From Podarcis melisellensis (Eukaryota): a stretch of DNA of 64,000 bases. The notes beneath the pieces were generated by a model that did no database searches, had not been told where the DNA came from, and worked only from the letters and a program-made list of their open reading frames with translations. This document shows, one piece after another, positions 40,401 to 52,400 of the stretch. The position numbers and the translations under genes were made by a program. The first letter of the stretch is position 1. The number at the start of each line of letters is the position of its first letter. The DNA is taken from assembly GCA_964234715.1 (NCBI GenBank), contig OZ174282.1; one strand, 5' to 3'.

Positions 40401-43400
40401 AGTACCATCTGAGTCCTCAGCCCTCTCCTGAGCTGGGATAAGAACTGGCTTTTACTGTCCAATTGCTTTCCACATCCTTGGGGTCTTTCTCAAGATAAAG
40501 TTAAGCTTCACATGCCTGTAACTATAAGGAACTGCCATCTTTTCTTGCCCACTGGTTCTGGGCATTCCAGTATTTTAATGGGGGTGGTGAGACCAAGTTC
40601 ACGTTTAGAGATGTTAAAGTCTAGATATTCATTATACCATATTCTTCTACACCCCAGAGTTCTGGGTTTAGTGACTCTTGTTCCTTACCAGAGTTCCCAC
40701 TCTGGGTACAAAATGAACAATACAGGCAGCTGTCTGATGCGCTGTTGACATATGATGGACCTTGTCTGCTCACTCACCCTGTTGGCCTCACCTTGCTCTG
40801 TGCTGAGAAGGAGAAAAGAGGTGCTGCTTGCCTGTCTTGATTCCTCTCTGGCTTGACTTCTTTCCCCTGCCTTTCACAGGAAGTTGGTGGTGGTGTTACC
40901 ATTTCACTGCTGCTCACAAAATGACTTACAAGACTATTTAAATACAGCATAGCTTATGCAGCAGTTAAAATCCATGTGCAAAGTTAAGAGGCATGAGATC
41001 ACGGGCATATCTGTAACTTTTAAACAGTGATATTTCAAGTACTTCTCTGATCACTCCCTCCCTCACTCAAAACTTTGCTGATGCTGTCTTTTATGGAGCA
41101 GTCAGACACTGGGCATAAGTTTCATTTAATTTTTCCAAGAGAGTTTGGGCTAGGAAAGCCATGTATGCACTGTCGTTAGAGCTAACAGGTTACTTCTGTA
41201 ACCACAAGAAAGGAATCTCAACAAAAATTAATGTTTGTGAATGAATTCCCAGTGCTAATGATACTGTTAACAATCTAGTCCATGATGAACTTCTGACTAC
41301 TCGGACACCACGATTTTCCAAATAATTGATTTGCTTCTTGTGTTTAAAAGGGGTAAATTCAATTGTGTAGATAAAATGAGGGATGAAGCTGCATGGGAAC
41401 CCCGATAGTTGTCCAGGAGCGCCCCCTCCCCCAAAAGCTAGTTCTGGCAGCTGTTGGGTGCCAGCAGACTGAGGACAGTGGGGGTGCTTTGTGAATAAGG
41501 AAGCCTTGCTGCCTGCGTTGCTGAACCTTGTGCATCCATTACAGTCGAATGCTTATGACATGGGTGAATCTGAAGACCTGAGTGCCTCGATTTGGAACTG
41601 TGTTAGGAGTCTGTGGAGGACTTGGGTGGCGGCTTTAGCCTTTATTGTGACAGAGAGGAGCACATGTCATGGACTTCTGCACTGAGGTGGGAGTAAGTTC
41701 CACTCAGGTCAGCAAGTAAAAGGGTGAATGGCTTTGCTTTTGCCAACCTTAGGGCTCTCTCATCTGTTTTGGACTATCAGCTGTGCTAGGGAAGCTGCAA
41801 CCCAAAGCAGCTGAATGGGCATGAGTTTGGTGAAGGCTATACAGTAAGCCTGAAATTTGGGGGGGGTATATTATGGGGAAAGCACCAAAAGCCAAAATCA
41901 CATATGGCCAAAACACATTGGAGGATATTGTGAAAGTCGTCCCCCCCCCTCAGATGCCTGCCCCCCTTTTAATTTATTTGCCAAGCACAAAACTGAATTC
42001 GCACAAATTAAATATATGTAAGTTACTTGTACATGGAAAGCAGCTACACAAGCCTAGGTGACAGGAACACGGAAGCAGCCATTGGGCCATTGGCTCAGTA
42101 TTCTCTACCCTAACTGGCCGTGTCCCTGCAGGGCTTTCTTTTAGGAGGTATTAGCAGCTCTACTAGGGATTGCACCAGCAGGGGAAATGTTTTCTGCTAT
42201 AGTGGTAATTTCTAAATGGTTTCATTGGCAGAATGAATGTGAGGAAACTGAACAGTGACGTGTCTGTTAAAATGTTACATATTTATTTGTTTATTATTAA
42301 ATTTGTTAGTCACTTTATATTTCCCAAGGCAACCCAAAGCAACTTACAGCCAATTAAAATTCATATTAACATATCTATGCATTGTCTAAATCCTGTGTAA
42401 TCTCTGGCACTATATTTAAAACATGTGAATAAGCTATTTTGTTTCTATGGATAGAGGACAACTGGAAAGTGTTCATGTATCCATTTCCAAGCTGAGTGGA
42501 CACCATGTTAGTTAACATTACAGTCTCTTCTTCAGCCCCACTTTTTTTTTATTTCAATTGAATCCATGTTGCCCCCCTGGTATCTCCATCCTTGGCAGTA
42601 TTGCTGTTTAATTCTTCCTTTTAGCCCCCATTTATTTCCATAAAACTGCAGCCAAATTCTTTCCCTTCTGCCCCTTGAACAAGAAATCCCCTTGGTCTTT
42701 TTGGTGGTAACTAAACCGGACTTGCCACTTAGCATCTACTGTTGAAGCCTGAACTCTAGGGAGGACAACTGCTTGACGTGGAGTTCCTGTAGGGCTCCAT
42801 TGTGGGAAGATGCAAAGAGAAGAGCATCTTGATGCAGAAGTGCAGATCTTGCCACCATGGGCACATCTCTTTCTAGTGGCTTCTAATCTTGCATTTTGAT
42901 GGTTCAATGCAATTTATACTTGTGAAGCCATAGAAGTTTCTCTAGCTCTGCAAAAGCCTGCTCTGACTCAGATTCCTCAATCTGGCGCTTAATAGTTCAG
43001 TGGCATTCTGGGTTTTTTTTTTTCCCTTTCTGGAATGTGGAAAGAAGGTGTGTGGATTCTTACTATTAACTTCTGGTGGAAAGATCTAAAATCTGTGAGA
43101 GGTTGCTAACCATTTGTTCTCTGAGCTTCCATCTGCTTCATTAGTTCATTGTTTTTGTAATAGTGTTTTGTTATCCCTCCTGCCAACTCCATCATTTTTT
43201 TAAAAAGAACTAAATTAGCTGCATCTCATATGTTTTAGTTAAGTTACATTGTCCGGGTTGGTGTATTTTTTATTAACCTGTGGGATTTATTTTGATCTAC
43301 ATCACAATTTTTGTTTGACAGATACTCTGTGTTTGTGTGTGTTATTTAGAGAGAGCAAATGAGAATAAACTGTTCTGTTGGCTGCAGGCATAAACGTCTT

Positions 43401-46400
43401 GTCTGATCATTTTCTTGTGGTTAGGAGGAGAGCAAGAAACTGTTTTCACTACAGTTGTATTCTGACCCAGATGTGATTATGATATAAATGGAGGGGGGAG
43501 GGAGAGGCTCTCAAAGAAGGTCCACACTTCTTGCTGTATCTTCCTTGTGCCTTGAGTATTCTTCTCCTTTTACCACAGTCCAAGTGTCTGAAGGCCATGC
43601 TGCCCCTTTGTCATGAACTTGTGTGTGATGGTGATGATGGAAATAACTGTAGTAGCCTTTGTGAAGAGTTTCTGTTGTCCATATTTGTTCTACAAACCTC
43701 TTTCTTGACCTTCTAAATATTGGCACCCGTATTCTTTCTTCTGCAATTAGATGAATTTGATGCCTATATCATTGTGTCCTTCGTCAATGCCACCCTGGTA
43801 CTATCTATTGGAGAAACTGTAGAGGAGGTTACAGACTCGGGATTCCTTGGTACTACGCCCACCTTGTCTTGCTCATTGTTGGGAGATGATGCTTTGGTGC
43901 AGGTAAGGGGCCTTTTACCTCTGAGTGTTCTGCTTGCCTTTTGCAGCCAGGCCCGTTGGCCTTCTCAAGAGATGCAAGGAGAGGGTTTGGTTGTGGTGCT
44001 CTCCTGGCATGGATGGGGTGGTGGTAGCTTATTTAATAGTTGTGACCTGCAAACTGGCTAGAGAATAAGGTCACCTTTAACGTTGGGAAAGGACTCTTTC
44101 CAGAGCCTTTCAAAGTAAGATTCCCTTGGTGTTCCGCTCTTACTAAAAAACGTTTAGTCTTCTACTGCATTATTTTAACTGGCTGCATAGACTAATATTC
44201 CCTGTGATTTTTGTTTTGTTTTTAAAGGTAGATAGGAGCTTGTGGAATCTTGATCATTTACCTTGGTAGCACTTTTCAAGTTGCTGTTTGTTGACCTTGC
44301 CCTCTCTCAGCTAGATATAATGAGAGCACTTGATGGTGAACGGCAGAAATTAGTTGTGTGAGTGAGATAAAGATTATAGATCATTTTGTAAACTAAAAAG
44401 CTGTATAGGTAGGCATGGAAATCTTGCCATGTGCTTGTGGCAAATGGGCTAGAGATGGGCATTCTGAGTAAGCTTTTGTAAACCAGATAAGAGGTGCTGG
44501 TTCTTCTGCTTCCCTTGTTGACCTGTGGTGTGTCTAAATGACAGTAAAAAACTGTATGCGAGCAAGCAGTTTAGGAAAAAATTAAAAAAGGCTAGGCTGA
44601 TAACTTCTGTGAACTGACTTGCAAGGCTAGCCTAATAATGGAAAGAACAGCAAAGGCACTTCCTGTCAGATGGACTGACTCAGCATCTTATTTCTGTATT
44701 TGTTTAGGTTTATCCTGATGGCATCCGGCACATCAGAGCAGATAAAAGAGTTAATGAGTGGAAAACACCAGGGAAGAAAACCATCGTCAAATGTGCTGTG
44801 AATCAGAGACAAGTGGTGATCGCACTGACAGGGGGAGAGCTGGTCTACTTTGAGATGGACCCGGTACGTGAGCTTAGCTGGAGGGAGATGTGACTTTCAT
44901 GAGGGTTTGCAGACTAGGCTTGCAGTGGAAACAAATGAGAACTGCATCACAGCACTATTGGGCTCCTTATGTCGCATTCCTTCATTTCAGGGGTTCTTGT
45001 GCAGAATAACTTTCAGGTAATTTGTGCTATTTGGGTGGGGTGGGTGTTTGGGGGTTGCTTTGGTGGGCCATTGCAGAGACTGGCATATTTTTTAAGACCA
45101 GCTTATCTCTGATAAACTTGGTGTTCTCCAAAGTGCTCCAGGCTTCCTACCTCAAAAGGTCAAACAAGCAAGGTCACCTGTCATCATACCTGGTTTAAAG
45201 AATTTACTGCACAGCTCTTGATCTGAAATGAGTCTGGTTCTGCTAATCCAGGTGTGACTTCCTTCCTCCATTGTGCCTTTTTTCCACACCAGTCAGGGCA
45301 GCTGAATGAATACACAGAGAGGAAGGAGATGTCTGCTGATGTGGTGTGCATGAGCTTGGCCAACGTTCCCCCAGGAGAGCAGCGCTCCCGGTTCCTTGCT
45401 GTTGGGCTGGTGGACAACACTGTGCGCATCATTTCCCTCGATCCCTCTGTAAGTGCTTCCTGAGAGTCGCTTGCCTGTAGCTAAGCCTTTGCTGACCCAA
45501 ATTAAAGTATTGTAACCAAAACTACCCCCCCCCAAAAAAAAACTGAGTGAGAGGAAGTTCCAGGGGTGGTTAGCAGGGCTTTCCTTTCTTTGGATGTGAG
45601 AATGCACTAGACTGACTTTGGTTTGTTATCTAATATGAAAGGAGAGCATATTGGAAGCAAGCAGACTTATAAAGTGGGCAATACAACTACTGGTGCTTCG
45701 TCAGAAACCCCAAAGGCATGGCTTACTCCTCCAGTACCCCAATATGTCTTCCAATTTTAGCTGACTCCAGCTGAACTCTAGCATGCTCTTTTCCCAACCC
45801 AAACTGCAGTTGCTTTCTCTCCCCTCCCCTTCTTTTTTTTGATACCCTGCCTCTTAATTTGAAGGTTCAGGCATTCCAAAGGGCTTGATGCCAGTAAGGC
45901 ACATCCAAGCCTCTGGTCATGCGTATAATAGCTCAGTTCACAATAATCAAGGTGTATGTTGTACATGAGCTTTCTCCAACCTGGTGACTTTCTGATGGTT
46001 TGAACTACAACTCACCCCAGCCCTAGCCAGTTTGGCTGAGGATTATGGTAGTTGTATTCCAAACTTTTGGAAGATAGTGGGTTGCCTGAAAGAAGGCCAG
46101 AGCTAAAAATGATTCTTCAAAGACTTCCTCAGATGAAATGAATCTTCCCACAGATTGCTCCAAATGGAGAAACACTTTGAGCTGGTTGGCATAATCAACA
46201 TTGCCATGTGCTTCTTCAATCTATCTCTTCAGACTGCTGGGGGATGTGGTTGAATGCCCTCCTACATAGAAAATTGGCAGGTCAGCCTAGTCTTCTCCTT
46301 CAAATGTGCCAGGCATTTTTGTACAAAGGAGAATCCAGCCATTTACAGTTCCTCAGCTGATGTCTGAAGTGGTTCAGGGTAGCAACAAAGACCTTATGTG

Positions 46401-49400
46401 TTATGCTTTGTTCTTTCTATCTGCTTTAGTAATGGTATCTTCCTTCTCCATCCCTTAGGACTGTCTTCAGCCGCTGAGTATGCAAGCTCTCCCTGCCCAG
46501 CCAGAATCACTGTGTATTGTGGAAATGGGTGGAGCTGAGAAGCAGGATGAGCTGGGAGAGCGGGGCTCAATTGGCTTCTTGTACCTGAACATTGGCTTGC
46601 AGGTGAGCAATTACTGCCCAGAACCTTTGCTGGATCCTCAATATATGGGATTGGACCAGGTCTTGCTGCATTTGACTGGGCTGTGTGGGAAGCCATACTC
46701 TTGAGTTTGTACAACCCTATAGAGACCCGTTCCACATACCCTAACAGAAGGCCTGCCAGAATGGAACACTGCGTCCCTCCTGCCACCTTCTTCGCTCTTC
46801 CAGAGCTCCCGAGGAACGGAGCCCTCTCCCGCTTTATTAAGACAGACTCTAATCCCATTGTGAAGGATACCTTCTGTCTGCCAGGGAGGAGGGTGGAAGT
46901 GTTAGAGCTCATCTTCCAGTGGGTCAGGGGTCTTTGTATTTAGGTGGGAAGTGGCAGTAGCCTACACTTTAAGCTGCTTCACAAAAAAGCCTTTTCTTAG
47001 TTTGTTAAAGGAGGAAACAGCAGCTTTTTAGCAGTGTTGTGCTTAATTTTGTACATGCCAGAGAGTACCTGGAAATAGTAAGACTTCCAGAGTCAGGAGC
47101 TGAAGATACATTGGTATTCTGAGTTCATCTGCTGCTCTTTTTCTCTCTGCCTGCCCTTGTCCCTCTCCCCACACCTTGCTTTGCTCATCTTCCCTTGTAA
47201 CCCAGAACGGTGTGCTTCTCCGAACTGTCCTTGATCCAGTTACTGGTGACCTCTCTGACACAAGGACCAGGTATCTGGGCTCGCGCCCTGTGAAGCTCTT
47301 CCGAGTCCGGATGCAAGGCCAAGAAGCGGTGAGTGAGCGGGGAATCAGAGGAGTGCACTCATGAAAAGCTGGAGGGGGAGGAGCAAAAACGTCAGGAGGA
47401 CTGTGAATCTGGTGACTAAGATCTTTTAGAAATTTGGGGCGGGATGAGTTCACATCTAAATTCCTTGTTTACCGTCTGGTACAGAGGGAAAATACATGCT
47501 ATTGGATGGGGGTGTGAGTGAGGGAGAAAACAAGAGTGTTGATCAGGTCAGGGGAAAGGAAATACCTTGGCCTGCTTTTGGATCCTGCTCATTTTAGCTG
47601 CTTGTGGGAAAGGGAGGGGGCATTAAAGGAGGATGAAGTACTCAATGTACTTTGTTTGCCTGGCTCTTGCTGCTGTAGTCATTGCACCTGATTTACAGAG
47701 TGCAAGGTGTTTTTGAAAGTTGGTGATAAAGTAGCCAGGCATGTGGCCTTCAGGATCATGTTGTGGAGCTGGAAGGGACTCTGTGGGTCATCTAGTCCAA
47801 CACCATGCAATGCAGGAATCTCAATTTGGCCCCCTCACAACTTCTCTTATCCTGCTGGTTTGGGGACTCCTAGAGCCTGTAATTAGTTCTGCCCTGCCAA
47901 CAGAGCCTTTGATTCTGGACTGCTAGGAGAAGAAGGCAGCCAGCTTGGTTCCCAAAGGTGTGAGCTGCTCTGTCCCATTTGTTGCTCTCTCCCTGAGTTT
48001 TCTCTCTCTTCTTTTCCTCCTGCTCCAGGTGCTGGCCATGTCAAGCCGTTCTTGGCTGAGTTACTCCTATCAGTCCCGCTTCCACTTAACACCCCTCTCA
48101 TATGAAACGTTGGAGTTTGCCTCTGGCTTTGCTTCAGAGCAGTGTCCAGAGGGCATAGTAGCCATCTCAACAAACACACTGAGGTTCGTATCAAAATGCC
48201 AGCGGTGGGAACGGAAACAAATAATGGAACCTGTTTGCCTTCTCTCTTGGCACACAGGACTGTCTGTCTGTCTTGCTTGTCTGTCCCAAGCTCCTTCCTG
48301 CGCAAAGCAGGGGCATCTGGTGCCCAAAAGGGTTGCCCTGAATGCCTCCTTTCTACATGACCTTGCATGGGTAAGGTGGCTTACCCACTCTGCATTGAGT
48401 AGCTTGATCTGGCCTCCTTCCTAGTTGCTCAAGATGGGAAGGAGAGCTGTACATGGCAGCCACCCACCCACTGCATCCCACCCGAAGCATGACTGGTTGT
48501 TGGGAGGAGATTATTCCTTGGTGGTAGCCAGTCTGTGGAGTGTTCACTTCAGAGGCTGCTCTACTTTTTCACAAAGCATCGGGTGGTTCTGAAAAAGCAG
48601 CCTTGTTGGTTTTGTTGAAGGTCTACTTGATCTCTCTTCAGGGGCAGGAGGCAGCTGTCTCTCCTGATCTTGAATATTAAAGGAGGTTGCCTGGCATGCT
48701 GACACCCACAGGCGTTCCTGCATGAAGCTCCATAGAATACAAAGTACTGTGAATTGGCTGTCAGGGGTGGCCATTGTAAATAAGCCTGCAAAAGTAACTG
48801 GTCTTTAGCCATCATTCAAGTGCAGGTACAGCGCTCTTCCTTCCACTAAGCAGACTGAAGGAGGAGGGACGCAAGGACCCTTTCCTCCTCTGCCTTTCAC
48901 TCACACACTCATGGAGCTCCCCATCACTGATGGCTACCAGGCAAGTTGTCAGTTTTCAGGTTGAAAAGGTCCCACTTCTGCTTGATGGAAGGTGGTTCAT
49001 GCCACAGATGCTTGCCCACAAGGGAGGCTCCATTGTTTGGCCTGGATGTCCTTTTAGTTCCTTTAAGGTGGCTCACTGGGATAAGCTTAATGTCTGCAAC
49101 TTTTTGGCTCCCACAGGATTTTGGCCCTGGAGAAGCTTGGAGCTGTCTTCAATCAGGTTGCCTTCCCATTGCAGTACACTCCTAGGAAGTTCGTCATCCA
49201 CCCTGAGAGCAACAACCTAATCATCATTGAGACGGACCACAATGCTTATACTGAGGCCACTAAAGCCCAAAGGAAGCAGCAGATGGCGGAGGTAACATGC
49301 CTGGCTTCTGCCTCGGGCCCAGCTCTCACCAAAGAAGGGCAGGGGCAGGATTCTGTGAGCTGGAGCTTCTTTTGCTGCTGCTGCACTTGGTGGGGAAGTT

Positions 49401-52400
49401 GTCGCAACACAGTGCAGAGCAGTGACCACTTTCCTTTCTAGAGAGGAGGCTAGTCTGCTTTTGTAACCCATGGAAAAGCTCACTTTCTGCACCTCAGTTA
49501 GGACTGCCTAATCATCATAATCACAAGAAGCAGTGATGGCCACCAATTTGGATGGCTTTAAAAGAGCATTAAACAACTTCACAGAGAAGTATATTATCAG
49601 TTGCCTACTAACCATGGTGACTATATTCTGTCTCCATTGCCAAAAGCAGCATGCCTCTAAATGCCAGTTCTTGGGAATGACTTAGGTCCTGCTTGGGCTT
49701 CCAAGAGCATCTGCTTTGGCCACTGTGAGAACAGGATGCTGCACTAGAGATAGGTCTTTGGCCTGAACCAGCAGGCAGCACTTATAGTCCTTTTTTGCCC
49801 CTTTGTGCATTGCAGGAAATGGTGGAAGCCGCAGGGGAAGATGAGAGGGAACTAGCTGCAGAGATGGCGGCAGCGTTTCTGAACGAGAACCTTCCCGAGT
49901 CCATCTTTGGTGCCCCAAAGGCAGGAAATGGACAATGGGCGTCTGTTGTCCGGGTGATGAACCCCATCCAAGGAAACACTTTAGATCTAGTCCAGCTGGA
50001 GCAAAATGAAGCTGCCTTCAGGTAAGGAACAGTTTCTGCACCTCTGAAGCAAGTTATCCTTTTGAATGCTGCCCTTTCTGCTAAATAATGGAAATACTCT
50101 TTATACTTTTGTATACTTACTTTGGTCATACTTGAAGTACACCAGTCAAACCAAATATTTACTTGTGCTAGATGACTCTAGAATCTAATTAAATAAAGCA
50201 AAAATGTGGTCTACCTGAAGTTGTTTGGGGTCTTGGGGCTGATACACAGCAGTCATTTACCATGATCTTCTCAGCTGACAACGGCCCTAATTAAGTCTCA
50301 TTCAGTTTGTGTATTGCATTTCTATGCTTCCTTAGTCACAAGCAAATGGTACAACATACTCTTCGCTGCTGCCTTCCCCCAAAGCGTTCTCTCTTGCTCT
50401 TCGTTGCTGTGAAGCAACTGCTTCTTTTGCCTTCCCAGTCTTCCCTTGTCTTGTCAAGTAACATTATCGTTCTGGCTCTCTACAGTGTGGCAGTGTGCCG
50501 ATTTGCCAATGGTGGTGACGACTGGCATGTTCTAGTGGGCGTAGCCAAGGACCTCATCCTGAACCCACGCTCTGTGGCTGGAGGCTTTGTCTACACCTAT
50601 AAGTTGATAAACAGTGGGGAGAAGCTTGAGTTCTTGCACAAGGTGAGAATTTCCTCCACTAGTGGGTTGGAGGGGGAGGAATCTGGGAAGATGAACATGG
50701 ATGGGGCTTGCCAAGAGGTTGCTAAAATGTACTGATGAGACCCAACTCTTTGGGACGGAAATCTCTTGGTTGGGAACAGAGGACCATCACTGTTAGTAAG
50801 TACTCCACAAATGGTTTTCCTTCTGTCCACAAAACAGCAGCCATATCAAAAATCACATTGGATTTTGCCAGTGTTTGCCATGCAAAATGTATGCACATTG
50901 CTTGCTACCAGGGAAATTTGAGCAATTATAGTAATGGTGTGACAGTTGCAGTTATCTAATGGACATTTGAAGCAAAACAAGCATAGACCTGTGAATGGGT
51001 CATTTATAGGTGATCTGACTTAAGCTTTTGCAGCATCTGATGGTGGTTGCTGAATACTTTGGCTTCTGTTGACGTGGAGAAAGCCAACAATGTACAGAGC
51101 ACTGCAAAAGTTTAAGTCTTCCTCCTTGTTGATACCTAGCAGCCTGGACCTGTGTGGAGGCAGGTTCTTTTTGGGGGCAGGAACTGGACTAGGAGGCCCC
51201 TTCCTAGAGGCGGTTTGTCCTTGTGGGCTTGCAATGTCCATCTCTTCCCCAGTGGATGCAATGGGTACTTGATTCAAGTGGGCCCCAAAACTCAGTGGTG
51301 GTGGATCTGCATCCTTTGCCAGGGCAGAAACTTGCCCATCCTTGCAGTGGCAGGGCTTCATCTATGCAGTGAGGGTACTATTAAGGATCTTTGTTTTGTC
51401 TGCTTGACAAAGGCTACTTCTCTTTCATTTCATTTCTGTTCAGACCCCAGTAGAGGAGGTACCAGCTGCTATTGCCCCCTTCCAAGGCAGAGTGCTCATT
51501 GGCGTGGGGAAACTCTTGCGGGTATATGACTTGGGCAAGAAGAAGCTGCTCCGGAAGTGTGAGAATAAGGTATTTAGAACGTGTTGTGTGTGTTTGTGTG
51601 CGCAGATCTCCTGGATGCTGCATTTCCTAAGGCAGACATTCCCTATCGCTTTTAACAAATTTGGTTGAAACCTTTGAACTTTTTTCAAGCTCCAGAGAAA
51701 CGTTCTCTTGCCCAGAACTTTGGCTTCCTTCAAAAATTTAGGAATTAAGCAATTCCTAAATTGCTTAAGGGGTAAGTCTTCAGGGCTGTTTCCACCCTCT
51801 CTGTACCTTATTACATTTCACTGGATAGATAATCATTTTCTTTCCCTTTCGAATAGAATTGAGAATCTGAGGCTCAAAGGTGTGGTCTTGTGTTTCTATG
51901 ATTCACATAAGGTGATAGTTGAAAGTTTTGGATTTTTTTTGTCATTCCTGACACCAACTTTGTAATGGTGTAGTGAACAGTCTGCACAAAAGGGCACAGA
52001 GCAACCTGAAGCCCTCCAAATGTTTTGGACTACAACTCTCATCAGCTGTCAGCGTAGCCAATGGTCAAGGATGATGGGATTTGTAGTCCCAAACATCTGG
52101 CGGGTGCTGGGTTATAGAAAGTAGAAAAAGGAAGATTTTCATATTTCACATATTTGCTTTTCCCTTGTTTGTTTGGCCTTCTGAGTATTCTAGAATCAGG
52201 AGAGCTACCTAGAATGATGTTAGCACTGGTTCTCAGTGTACATTCAGATATAGAAAGTGATCACAGATAAGCAATGTCCCAACTCCCCTTTTCTCTCTTA
52301 GAAAGCTACAGCTGTTGCACTATAAATGATCATAGCTTTGCAGAGAGATGCCCGTGATGTTCAGATTTCATGAAGGCTCAGGAAGGGATTTTAGGGCTTG

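Noticed and set aside
41282-41296. ATGATGA...CTGA as a third box C/D snoRNA
   Set aside because: The boxes are only 4 nt apart, with no terminal stem or guide.
46394-46943. 172-aa minus-strand ORF and neighbouring CpG-richer patch in an SF3B3 intron
   Set aside because: Partly the antisense shadow of a coding exon; no motif could be identified in any frame.
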